Shown: one piece after another, positions 11,684 to 24,284 of the stretch
Numbering within the stretch: position 1 is the stretch's first letter
How the letters are laid out: the number at the start of each line of letters is the position of its first letter
From: Azolla caroliniana
Lineage: Eukaryota; Plantae; Polypodiophyta
DNA: 64,000 nucleotides
Direction: 5' to 3'
Assembly: GCA_043228905.1 (NCBI GenBank)
Contig: JBHGNT010000017.1
Location: 7,440,001-7,504,000 of the forward strand
The notes under the pieces: generated by a model
Database searches by the model: none
Seen by the model: the letters and a program-made list of their open reading frames with translations, nothing else
Told to the model about the DNA's origin: nothing
Position numbers and translations under genes: made by a program

Positions 11684-12441
11684 ACGTGCTTCTTTTGGTG
11701 CCGTAGTGCGTGCTCCGTATTACATGCTTCTCCCATCGTAGACCCGACCTTCGCGTTGTCATGCTTTTGTTTACATCGGAATTTCAGACGGATCATCTTC
11801 CATCCGAACCGGCTTCCGACTTTACCTTCCTTGTTGCCACCTCCCGTCTCTCCGGTCTCACGTTGGTTCTCGGACACAACCGCCGAAGTCTCTAGAATCG
11901 GTGTGGGGATACCCTTTCGTCCTCGATCTTCCTCCTCCTCGTCCTTTGTTGGCCTCGACTTTGGTTCGGTTTTAAGCTCCCCTTCAATGTCGACTTGCGA
12001 CTTTTCATGCATCTCCGAACCCTTCCGCATCAAGCTCTCCTTCGGTGGTAGTCGGTGGCCGCTTTTCACCCACTGTTGACCGCCGTTCGTGGACCATGTC
12101 CTCGTCCGCTTCGGTCTTAGATAGTCATATGTGTCTCGTATAGCTTCTTCAAAGGACTCCCACATCGGGCTTTGTTGTCGTATCTCGTGGATTCTCTCTT
12201 GAAGCTCATCCGTAGCCACCCGGTTGAAAGATAACACTTGCAATCTTTCTGAGATACCATATCGCAACATCTCCATTTTGTAGTCACGTAGATAGCGTGA
12301 CACGTCCTTTCCATCGAATTGCCCGTTCTGTTGCACGAGCCGTTGTACTACTGTCGTGATCTCCGACATCTCGCGTTGTTCTTGTAGCATTCTCTCGAAC
12401 ATCATCATCATCATGTTCATCGCCTCTTGTTGATTCTCCAT
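11684..12441 (-). pseudogene. 5' half of element B gag-like ORF
   Basis: MENQQEAMNMMMMMFERML..GQFDGKDVSRYLRDYK, paralogous to the element C ORF. Confidence 0.82.
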
Positions 12442-12480
12442 CTCCTTGCCACCCGCCTTCACGTCGGGTTCACCAACTGT

Positions 12481-13347
12481 TGTCGTGCCTTTCGGCTCCG
12501 GATCGTTTGCGTGAGTCGGGTGGGAACCACCGGGGTTTTGGACTAGGAGGAGGAAGAATTTGAGGCTAATCTAGTTATGAATATGAATAGATTATAAGAA
12601 AGAGATATAGAAACTTGTGAATCCCACAAGTATAATTGTTTTAGTTTATCTAAATCGTAGTAATAAATTGAAATAATTTAGAATAGATTAGAGTAGATTG
12701 AGAAAAGAGATCAAACCTTGTGAATCCCACAAGTATTACATTAATCAATATTTATGTAAGAATATGAATTTAGATTGAAAGAGATAGATTATCTTAAACT
12801 TCGTGAATCCCACGAGTATATTTTATTGATTGTTGGTGTTTTCGGAAATATATCCAATTTCCAAATATTTCACACACCTATTACATTGTGCTCCCCATCC
12901 TTATGTAGTGATGGGAGAGACTAAGCATAGCTACATGCTTTTTTTTTAATATGTTCATGCACACTAAATGTGCATGTGATGCTTTTCTAATCCTTGCTTT
13001 TATTTGCTAAATATAGTGCTCATGCACGCTAGATGTGCATGAGTCACTTTTTAGTCGCTTGCGTTTTTCTATAAAATATTCAAGCACTCTAAAAATACAT
13101 GATTTACCTTTTAATAAAGGTAGGCACAAATAAAGCACTTATAGGTATTAAATCTATTTATAGAACACTAAAGATAAGGTAGCATAATGGTAAAGTTGAG
13201 GTTTGGCTACGTGGAGGTACAGGGTTCAAATCCTGCCCTATGCACGTGATAAATATCTTGATATATTATTTTATTTATTTATATGTAATTAAATCGGTTA
13301 TATTATTTTTTACGTTTTTCACGTAGTGTACAAAATACACTACGACA
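12481..13347 (-). repeat. 5' LTR of element B
   Basis: Followed on the minus strand by ACAGT and the tRNA-Trp PBS. Confidence 0.93.
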
Positions 13348-15184
13348 ACGTGACCGTAGATACGAGCCCAACCGGAATCGGGTGGGTCATCAATCAAGAA
13401 GGAGAAGATAATGCACGATATGCCGTCCGGTTCGGATCAAAGATTCTCACCGAAGGGCAACAAAGATATGCCCATGTCAAGCGGGAACTTTGGGGTATTG
13501 TGTCGGCAGTGAAGACGGATAAAGATTACCTGATCGGTCGGAAGTGATAATAGAGACAGATTGTCTCCCAATTCTCGGAATGGTCTAGGGATGTGCGACC
13601 CCAGATCTTGCTATGCTAAGGTGGATTGCCTACATCAAGTCTTTAAACCCAGAGATCTGTCACATTGCAAGGAAGAAGAATGCCATGGCTGACATGTTGT
13701 CGAGGGCAAGATTTGAAAATGGAAGCAACATGGTTTCAAAAGATGAAGATGTCGCCCTCGACTTCTTCAAGATGGCGCGATTGTCGGCGGAAGACCAGGA
13801 CACGCAAACCCTCCACGCCTTCAACGAGAACGAGTACGAAGGAGAGTGGTTACTCATCGGTAGATTGCTAAGAACATTGACGACAGATGCTTCGTTGACA
13901 AAGGAGGAGGCCCTACAAATCCGGAAGAAAGCTTACCGATACTTCTTGAAGGGAGGATTCCTTTGGCGACATCCAAAAAGAAGGACAAGAATACCACGTC
14001 GAGTGGTGGTGAAGAAAGAAGAGCAAGACACGCTAATGACCGAATTCCACGAGAGTGCTTGGGCAGGTCATAGAGGAACATGGGCGACATTCGAGAAGTT
14101 GACGGAGAAGTACTGGTGGCCAAGCATGTATAAAGATGTACTCCATTTCGTGTCCACATGCGAAACTTGCCAAATATATTCAAATATACATCATCGTGAT
14201 GAGTTACAGCCGACATACCCATGCACCATACACTTCAAATGGATGGTGGATCTGGTCTCGATGCCAATGGGAGTGGGACAAATGAAGTACTTAGCGCTAG
14301 CAAGGGAAGACTTGACAAATCAAGTGGAAGGACAAGCCTTCACAAATAAGACGACTTCAGCCATTTGCAAATTTCTACTTGAAGAGGTTGTTTGTAGATA
14401 CGGATGTGTGGGGAAGATAGTGGTCAACCGAGGGGAGTTGGATGCGCACGAAGCGACCGAGCTTTTCGAACGACTAGGCATGAAGCTCTCCCTCACGACT
14501 GCCTACAATCCAGAAGCGAATGGGAAGATCGAGCAAGGGCATGGACCTATCGTCAAAGCCATCGTACGGGCATGCAACGGTCGAGTCGGGAATTGGCCAC
14601 GACTATTACCCTATGCCTTGTGGGACGATAGAACGACACACAACTCGGTGACAGGGTATATGCCAACGGAGCTTATGTATGGACAAAAGCCGGTAATGCC
14701 CATCGAAAGGACGATCGCCTCATGGGTAGCAATACCATGGGAGAACGAGATGAACCGAGAAGAGTTATTAGCGGTGCGGATAAGGCACCTTGAAAGAAGG
14801 CCTGAAGATCTAGGAAAAGCGCGAAAGATGATGGAGGCAGCCCGAGTAAAGAACAAAGTTCGGTTCGACAACACGCATCGACTTCGTCCCAAGAAGATTG
14901 AAGAAGGAGATTGGGTTTTGGTTTACGACAACAGCCTTGACAATCAACACAATACAATAAGAAAATTTGCAAGAAGATGGTTCGGGCCGTATGTGGTGAC
15001 AAGTCCCAACGATAATGCCACATACTACCTTGCAGAGCTAGACGGATCAAGGTTGGCCGTACCCATTGCGCGAAAAAGAGTAGCGATTTTCAAGAAAAGA
15101 CAAGACGAGGATCCTGACCTCGATCACCTCAACGATGAACATAATAGGGCGGATGTAAATGAAGACATGGAGGAATCTGATTGA
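13348..15184 (+). pseudogene. Gypsy A RNase H and integrase
   Basis: VDTSPTGIG (RH). HES..GHRG..CETCQ zinc-binding motif, WMVDLV, NPEANGKIE, WFGPY (GPY/F). Confidence 0.92.
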
Positions 15185-15256
15185 TCAGCATAGCCGAAAT
15201 CTCACTTTCTCTCTTCTTGGCACCTACTAGAGGACGTGCGGTTTGGTGGGGATGGA

Positions 15257-16450
15257 TGTCGTGAAGATTTTCGGCAATGGTTTGAAAATCACATAAGACG
15301 TATGAAATCAAGTGTCAATCATATAAAACAATAATAGTGAATATACTAATTCTAAGTAAGTTTAAATATCTTAGTACAAAAGACGAAGATCTTAAAGAGA
15401 TGCACTTTACTACATAAGAAATGGACATCTAAGTGTCAACTTTTGTGGGTAAGAAGTTGCGGAAGAAAAAGAGAAAATTGTGATAAGCCTCTCACAATAT
15501 ATAAGGTAGAGTAAAAAGTTATTATCTTTGTGTCTATGTGTGGAGCATAGAGAGTTCAAGGTAACTTGAACTAAGATTGGAGGTGGCCTAGCCACTCGTA
15601 AAGGTTTTGGCCAACCAAAACGAAACTGGACGGTAACCGGCGATCGGTGATCCAGCGGTATCGGCATCCGACGGGCCGGCGGCGGCGGAGCCGGTATTCG
15701 GCATCCGACGGTAACCGACGGCATCCGGCAAACCAGCGGAATTGACGAGGCGGCGGCGGAGCCGGTGATCCGGCGGCAACCGGCGAGGCGGCGACCACCG
15801 GTAACCGGCGGCATCCGGCGCCGGTGAGGCGACGACATCTGACGGCAGCCATCGGTAACTAGCGGCATCCGACCGGAAACCAGCATCCGCCGAACCGGCG
15901 TCCGGCGACTAGATAAATAAATATATAAATATATATATACATATACAAGGAGGGCAAGTAAGGATTCGAAGATTGCACCTCCAAGTGAGGAGTTAATTGG
16001 CTTACCACGGAGCTATGACATTTAGTTGAATTTATATTTCTATCATTGTACTTTTACATGTAAATTCTCATATATGAGAGCTAAAATGAGTGACATGGTT
16101 ATCATGCACCACATGTAATACATGAGCGCCAAATGGCAAACATGCATTTTATGCATGTCTTGTACCCTCACATGCATCATATGCATGAGAGCATCTATAA
16201 AAGAAGGGATGAAAAAGAAGAAGGGTTAGGCTTTTTTTTGTTATGAAATTAAGAAGAAGAAAAATTCGTTATCTAATTGATCGTGTAACTTGTTTCTTAA
16301 AATTTAAAATCAAGAGCTCAATCTTAATCTCTCTTTCAATCTAGCTTAAATACTTTCTCGCTAAAGCTTGCACCAACTTCAACTCCTTCCGGTCCAGAAC
16401 CCCGACGGTTCCGCCTCACGATTCGCATGTAGTGACGGATCTTCACGACA
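15257..16450 (+). repeat. 3' LTR of Gypsy A
   Basis: TGTCGTGAAGA..TCTTCACGACA, preceded by the PPT GGTGGGGATGGA. Confidence 0.95.
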
Positions 16451-17500
16451 ACGTTGCTTTGCTTCGGCGTATATCTGCAATTGATTTCTCGCTGAATTCC
16501 CATCTATTGCAGATAGTTGTTGACTTGGCCGGAAAAATACTCCTTTCCACCATCCGACCATAGGAACTTGATCTTCCTTTTTGTTTCCCGTTCGACTAGC
16601 CTCAGTAAGTTCTGGAAATAGTCGAAAACTTCGTTTTTCTTTTCGATGAGGTAGATCCATTGTGCCAACTGTTGTTGTTGATGAAGGAGATGAAATATTG
16701 ACTCACGCCAAGACTAACATTTTGTATTAAGTCGAGCTTGTTCCGTCTCTGGTTTCGCTCATGGGGGAATGGAAGCCGGTGTTGCTTCCTGAGCTGATAG
16801 GTTTCACAAATTAGGGCCTTTCGGCCACTAAATTGCGGCAGTCCGAAAAACAACTCTTTCGATTCCCGATCTTGAAGCCTTTGGTAGTTGACGTTGCCTA
16901 TTTGTTTGTGTCATAAGTCGATGTCCGACTTGACTTTTTCTCCTCTTGCGAATAGAGCGGTGCGGATGTCATTACTGTGGTGGATGAACATCGTCCTGTC
17001 CCAACGCCCTTGTGTGATGATTTGGCCCTCCTCTTCGATGAAGCACTCGAGATGTGTGAATCGAACTTGCATCCCCTAGTAGACGGTCTGTCCAAACGAC
17101 ACTAGGTTGTTCGTAATTGTCAGAACATGTAATTTGTTCATCAACTTCCCTTTTTGTCCGACATGACTTAAGGGGACTTCTTCGACATGTTCAATCGGGT
17201 GAGGGGTGTCATCTCTAGTTTTGAAAACTCCTGGTTGCTCCGGTTTTTCCAGATACGAGAACCATTCTTCAAGGCTTGTCATATGGTTCGGCGCTCCAAA
17301 GTCAATGTACTACATTTTCTTCGATTCGGAAGTGGTCTTCTTCATCGAGTTCGCCTCGTGCTTCATCACGAAGGCTGCCCCTTTTCTGGTCTTTCCGATT
17401 CCAGATCCTTGTGATCCTTTAGCATAATGCGAGCTTTGCCAACACCTTGTCCGGCCTTTCCAGATCTGGATGTTTCCGAATCAACGTGCTTCTTCTAGCA
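16451..17500 (-). pseudogene. Ty1/Copia protease/GAG-pre-integrase/integrase remnant (right part of the host of Gypsy A)
   Basis: *YIDFGAPNHMTS (Copia WxxDSGAxxHM), LHVLTITNNLVSFGQ, CETYQLRKQHRLPF. Confidence 0.75.
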
Positions 17501-17794
17501 CTCACTTTCTCGGTGGCCTTTCTTGCCACAATACTAGCATTCTGTGTCGGTCTTTGATTGCCAGTTCCTGGTGCCACCTTGACTCCCCTGCTTGTGGAGG
17601 GTTCGGAACTAATGTTGGCACTATCTCCGTGCCTCCAATTCCTCTCTTGTCAGCCACCATTATTGCGTGTCGATCCATCTCGTCCTCCACACCCACGGGG
17701 CTGATCTGCCTCCATGTACAACATCGGGTTGTCCGATTGAGTGGTCCTCGACCCAATGACACACATTAGGTCAGTCCAATAAAGTCGATGACTC

Positions 17795-18095
17795 AGATAT
17801 TACAGCATGATAGCCCCCAAATAAGCACCTCTAAACCTATGAACATTACATACCCCTCCCTTTTAATTGCACTCTTGCAATGGGAAGTTAGGAAAATGTT
17901 TGCGTAACGTCTATTCAATTTCCCATGTGTTGTCTTCTTCCAATCTATCCTTCCACTTAACCTTATAGCGATGAACAACCTTAGACCTTAGGTTTCCGAA
18001 CTATGATCAATGATTTTCTCAGGTTCATGTGGAGCAAAATGATCATCCTCCAATGTCGATAAATTAGACGATGATACAACATTATCATCATAACC
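17795..18095 (-). pseudogene. Chromovirus 3' end: chromodomain remnant, PPT and start of 3' LTR (probably the end of Gypsy E)
   Basis: Minus strand reads EPEKIID..RYKVKWKDRLEEDNTWE, then AAAAGGGAGGGG-TA-TGTAATG. Confidence 0.7.
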
Positions 18096-19695
18096 TGTTA
18101 GATATCATCAATGATCAGCCTGAAGTTGTAAATCTATCCCCATATGTGCTCGTAGAGTGCACATTTTGTGATAACACCCCAAATGAGGAGTGGCTAGTGT
18201 GCAATTCGACCATATGGGTTGATAAGGTGTTAATCTAGGAAACCGTAGATGTGTAGGACACAATGTATTTAGGAAAGAACGAAATAGGTAATAGGATTGG
18301 CTAATCAAGTCAACTAGAATATTTTGTGGCCAAGTTATGATGTACTTAGTCTTGAAGTATGTGTCATTGACTTCAAGATAAGTACTATCTAGCACTGGCC
18401 TATATCTAGGGAATTGGGTCATATTAAATGACAAGTCAGTTGACAGAAAAGGAATATCTCCACTACTATCAACTGACTTGCACATTTAATGTTATACTTA
18501 GACCAAAAATAGAATATAATCCACTTTCTTACACAGTGGTTGGATTGATCATCAGTCCCCACTAATTTTGCAGTGAGCTGGTCCATATCCTATCTAAGCT
18601 CAAAGGTGTGACCGCATGGGTAAACTACCATGGTGAGCTACTCTCATATGTAATAGAAGTTTTGTTTTCATATATCTATCTTTGTAATAGTAACTCTATA
18701 TACCTATCTGATCGATTCTCAATATTTCTAACATGGTATCAGAGCAAGGTTGATCTTGATTAGGTGTATACGGGTAGTTGGTGTCTAGTAGCACAGAGAA
18801 ATAGAGAGACAGAGAGAGAATATCAATGGCCTTGTCCACGAATCTTGCAACTACTCCACTACGCATTCGCCCACCTCCATTGTCTGATGGAAAGCTAGAT
18901 GGAACCAACTACACTCTATGGAAGTTCAAAATGGCTGCCATTTTGGATTCCTACGAGTTGTTGGAGACAATCATGGGACCCACATGAGGAGACCCTGAGC
19001 CCATGGCGACCTTTGACCCTGCACACCCTACCACATCAATCCCTCCAAATGCTGATCTACTTCGAGCCTAGAAGAGAAGGAATGTTGATGCGTTGCGTAC
19101 CATAGTCACTTGTGTATGTGACTCTGTACTGACATTAGTGCAACATACAACCAGGGCACATGAAGGTTGGAGCATATTGGCCAGCCAGTATGAAATCAAA
19201 AATTATACAAGGATACAAGACCTCGAAAATCAGCTTGCTATAGAGAAGCTTGCTGATGGAGAGAAAGTAGAATCCTTTGTAAAAAGGATTAAGGATCTTC
19301 ATGATCAGCTGGCGGCTGCTGGAGTAGCTGTCTCTCTAGAGGATATGGCTCGTCAGTGCATTCGAGTACTTCCTTCCAAGTATGATGGCATTGTGACAGC
19401 ATTGAACACTCAGGTTCGACCCACTCCTTTAAATTTGATGAACTAAGTGCAATGTTGCTTGAAGAGGAGCTTTAGATGAAGACAAGAGAAGGAAGGGAAG
19501 ATTCTGCATTTGTCTCTAGGACTAAGGGTAAATGGGCATCTAATTCAAACAATGTGAATAGGATACCAAAGAAGAAGAAGTTCAATGGATCGTGTTTCTA
19601 CTATGACAAGAAGGGTCACACAATCAAGGATTGTCGGAAGAAGATGGCGGATGAGAAGAATGGTTCTAGTAAGACTTCTTGGAGAGAGCCCGAGC
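18096..19695 (+). mobile_element. Truncated Ty1/Copia J: 5' LTR (18096-18733), tRNA-iMet PBS, gag
   Basis: TGTTAGA..TCTAACA LTR. PBS TGGTATCAGAGC at 18734-18745. gag LDGTNYTLWKFKM, UBN2-like region, degenerate CCHC knuckle. Confidence 0.85.
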
Positions 19696-21901
19696 TATGA
19701 AATCCATGGATATACTTTGCCACTTTGCCACTTTTCAGCAAGAATATTGAGAGGTTGCAATAAGCGAACTTTTTCCTGTCGCTCGGTCTTAATGACCTGA
19801 CATTGTGGACAACGTATAACATAGGACTCTACCTCAGGTTTCATTTTTGGCCAGAAAAACCTAGCTTTAATCAAAGCTAATGTTCTTTGCACACTTGGAT
19901 GTCCAGCAGAAGGGGCATCATGACAGTCATAAAGGATTTTATTCTTGATGTCCTTTGTGTGTGGTATGCAAACCTTACTATTGTGGTACAATAACCCATT
20001 CGCAACATAATAAAGGTTCTTTGGGGTAGATGTGGTTCCATAATCGACGTCAATACCTGTTTCAGCTCTCTTCCAGAACTTGGAAAATGTTTTATCATCA
20101 AGGTATTTTTGTTTACCCCGGATAAAATCAAATAAGTCGTTGTTAAATTCCACGAAACTTAGGGGATTAACTTCTAGAATATGACTCAGGGCATCTACAA
20201 TGGAATTCAAAGCCCCTTTTCGATATCTAATTTCGAAATTGAAGTCTTGCATCAACTCTGCCCATCTTGCCTTTCGACCCTCAAAATTATTTTGAGAGAG
20301 GAAGTATTGTGAGGATTTGTGGTTCGTTAAAACACTGAATTTACTACCATACAAATAATGTCGCCATTTCTTTAAGGCATAAATGATAGCAAATAATTCT
20401 TTTTCTTGAATCGAATAATTTCTTTGGGCCAAATCCTATTTTTTGCTTTCAAAAGCAATTGGTCTCCCATTTTGAAATAATGCAGCCCCAATAGCATAAT
20501 CACTTGCATCTGTCTCAACTTCAAATGTTTGATTAGGATTAGGTATAGCTAAAGTAGGTGCATTCATAATTAATGACTTCAACTTATTGAAGGTTTCTTC
20601 AAGAGAGGCATTCCACTCGATAGGTTTAGTGGACCTTCTTGTAATACCCTTCTTGTAAATGATGCAGTGTAAGATGAATAGTTTTGAAGAGATCTTCTTA
20701 GGAATCCAACAAATCCTAAGAAAGTTTGTAGCTCCTTAACATTTGAAGGTCATGGCCAATTTAATACTGCTTCTATCTTAGTTTTATCGATAGAAACACC
20801 TGACCTAGATATGTGGTGTCCAAGATACGTAACTTCCTTTTGAAAGAAATCACATTTAGATAGTTTGGCAAATAGCTTGTATTCACGAAGCTTATCCAAA
20901 ACTATTCAGTCATGAGACACATAATCCTCAAATGTGTTACTATATACCATGATGTCATCAAGGAATACGACTACGAAATCACCTAACTGATCTCTGAATA
21001 TATCATTCATCAATTGCTGGAATGTGGTTGGAGCCTCAGTCAACCCAAATGGTAGAACCCAAAACTCATAATGACCATAACGAGTTCGGAAAGCTGTTTT
21101 GGAAACATCTTCCGGAACCCTGATCTGATGATAGCCAATGCACAAGTCTATCTTAGAAAAATATCTTGCACTTTGAAGTCTATCCATCAAGTCATCAAAA
21201 CGAGGCAAAGGGTAGGAATTGCGAATGGTTAGTTTATTCAAACCCTTGTAATTTACATGCATTCACCAAGTTCCATCCTTCTTCTTGGCCAAGATGATGG
21301 GTGCTCCCCATGGCGATTGGCTGTACCGGATGTGTCCCATCCTCAATTACTCGTTGATTTTTTGGGCAATTTCATCCTCTTCGGCTCAACTCAACCGATA
21401 AGGGGGTATGCTCATAGGTTTAGCGCTTGGAACCAAGTTTATCTTATGATCTTTAGATCGAGAAGGAGGCAATCCTTGAGGTAACTTATCCAGAAATAAT
21501 TCCTTAAAATGCGACAAGATGTCACGTAGAGCATCTTTCTCAAAATCATCCAATGAATTCTTATTTACAAATTGATACATAGGACTATTAAGTTGTAATA
21601 TACACACATAAAATTGTGCATTGACATTTCGATCATAAGTATAAAGATGATTAATAGACATTAAATTGTTTATCGCAATCCCATGAATAAAAACTTGTTG
21701 GTTGTTATTTCCTTCAAAAGAAATAGTATGATTCGACCAATCAATATCAAGACTATGTCTATTATAAAACCATATGTAACCAAGAACTACATCTACCGTT
21801 CCTAAATGCATTACAGGAAAAGTCAACTTTTCAGTGTAGTTATTTATTACTAGGTGTACACCATGTGCAATTAATGAATGCCTTTGGACATAGACTCCCA
21901 T
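19695..21901 (-). pseudogene. Gypsy E (chromovirus-like) pol: PR end, RT, RH, integrase N-terminus
   Basis: [45 protein letters not shown]. Protease LFDCGSTHNF continues at 35935-36060 across element D. Confidence 0.9.
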
Positions 21902-24284
21902 TGTTGTGAAGAAAACCGGCCATAGGCGGAATCGGACAAAAACACGCATGAACCGGCTCTTACACGGATGGACGCGTGAATTGATATTTTGATATCGATT
22001 CATAAATGGATTGGCTGAGTAAATACTAAGTAGTACACATTAATTAGGGGATTGTGTGTATCTCTGTCAGGAGGGGACAAGGAATAAAGCGATTTGACTA
22101 GGGAAAAAGGGGCACCCCTTTTTGGGAACTATTTAAGGAGAGGTAAGAAGGAGAGGGGGGGGGATCGCGCGTTGGCGAGGACGAAGTGCTGCTGCAGAAC
22201 CGAGTGTCGAGCTCTCTCCCCCCTCCCCCCCCCCCCCTCCAATCATCGTTCTCTGCGGGTGTCGGGAGTTCGTTGACTCTGCTTCGTGGACAACCCGTGT
22301 GCTTCCAGTAGAGTCTCTCTCCATCCCCTTTCCCCTTTTGTTTCTTCGAGTCATGTGGCTGTCGTTGGTGTGCGTGAGTAGGACCCCGTGTCGGGTCCAT
22401 TACTGGGTTGCCGGTTGTAAGCTATTGACTAAAGTAATCGGATTCCTGTTTTCCTTGCTCTTCATCTCTCTCTGTGTACTTGCATCTCTCTCTCCTTGGT
22501 CCGAAACCCCCGTGGTCCCGCCTCTTTCAACACGCGCGCGCCTAACAACGCAACATATTTGGTGAACCCGATGTGAAACGAGCAGCAAAGGAGTCGAAAG
22601 ATGAGGGGATCGGAGCTAGCAGAGGCAATGGCAGTAGTCGTCGACTGACTGGTAACCGCTCGTGAGGGGACGGGTACCCTCAACAGAGCCATCGAATCGT
22701 TCGTTGGCACTATAGGCCAGTTCAGAGGGAAAGACGCCACAAGTTATTTGGAGGCTTACCGGGCAGAAATGATCATGAGGGATATCCCGGTGGACAGGCG
22801 GTTGTCTGGATTCCCTCGGGTGGTGATGTCGAGCATCCACGTGGAGGTGCTCGAGGTGCTGGCCGGATGCCAGAGTTGGGAGGAGTTCGAGCTGCGGGTC
22901 CTCGAGAAGTACGGGTTTGACGAGTCGCTTTGGTTGTCGAGGCGGGACTTCATGGCGTAGGTGGAAAGCCCCGGAAAGGGGAGGAACACATCGGTGCTCC
23001 TCCAAGAGTTCAAAAAATGGTTCGCACGGCTGTCGACGCTGGACCGGACAGTGCTCGAAACGAGTCGAGTACTACTGTTTGTCAAGTCGGTGGACGCGCT
23101 CAACAGGGAAAAGGTGGGTCCCCTATTGGTAACTGACGAAGGGCTCACGGCAGACTGGGTCGTGGTAAAACGGGTCTGCAGCCGTTTCGACAAACGGTGC
23201 GATTGTAGCGACGGAAGCTCGTCAGGGTCAGGGCCGGTCCCGGGGAGGAGGCTTGAGGAGTCGGTATTGGTGCCGACCGGTAGGAAGGAAGAGACCCGAA
23301 TCTGGCCAAACTCGGGGTTGGCATCGATGGACGTCGTCAGAGGCCCATCCGGAGGAGCGGCTCTGGAGGAGCTGACACAGATGGTGCGTGACCTGCAGAT
23401 CGCATAGGCCCGGAGAGACAACGGCGAACAACCTCGCGACCGGAGGCCGCCGGCTGGGTAGCGGTGCATGTGGTGTGACGAGATCAATCACATTCGGAAG
23501 GATTGCGTGGATTTCGCCGACAACACCGGGTCATTTGAAACAGGTAATATGTCGTATTCTCTTTTGGCATAGTTGGCCAGATGTAGAAAAGTACCCTATT
23601 TTAGCCAGATATCGAAAATATACGATGCATGCGTACCCCTTTTGCGACTTGATGGTTAAATATAGAACAAAAAAAACCTAGCAATTACTAAATTGTATAT
23701 GTGTCCACATTCGTGTCAATTTGCATATCATGGAGCACAATTGAAGACTTGGTTCAATATAAAGTTCTAAAATTGGTATCCATATTCAAATTGTAGAGTA
23801 AAACTACATAAACCGTAATTATAAATATGTGGTTTTGGGTTTAGGAATAAAGTAGTACCCCACTTGTTGGACGGGTATATCGATAGTTTCATTGTATAAT
23901 ATCATATAGTTCATGACAGTGTAATTGGTAAGAGTAACAATTACATACGACATTCATTTATACTAATTGGAACCAGTAGACTTGAACCGTAGGTAACGAA
24001 AAACCTCTTATTATCAAAAACATTCGCCTTTTCATATACAATCATGCTAACGGAAATGAGAAATTACAATATCATGTTAATATCTCAAACTGAAGAAGAG
24101 CATGGTGACCAATTATATGTAAATACAAACAACGTTTCCAATAATGATTAAAAAGGGAAATTATGAACAGGTGAATTTAATTAAACGATAAACAATTACA
24201 GATGTTCTCATATACAAATATAATATGAAGTGATGGTGAACATTATGCCTCAAAATCCTCAATTTTTACATTACGCCATCTACA

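Larger units (their letters stand above)
6683..13347 (-). mobile_element. Non-autonomous gag-only LTR element B inserted in Gypsy A RNase H
   Basis: 867-bp LTRs at 12481-13347 and 6746-7612 with about 3 mismatches. tRNA-Trp PBS at 12459-12475, PPT next to 7613, ACGT TSD (6679-6682/13348-13351). The host frame KLIYVTVDTSPTG is restored on removal. Confidence 0.93.
1628..16450 (+). mobile_element. Ty3/Gypsy LTR retrotransposon A (tRNA-Trp primed, no chromodomain seen), degenerate, carrying nested elements B and C
   Basis: TGTC..GACA LTR pair (1628-2790, 15257-16450), ACGT TSD (1624-1627/16451-16454), PBS, gag-PR-RT-RH-INT order, purine-rich PPT before the 3' LTR. Confidence 0.95.
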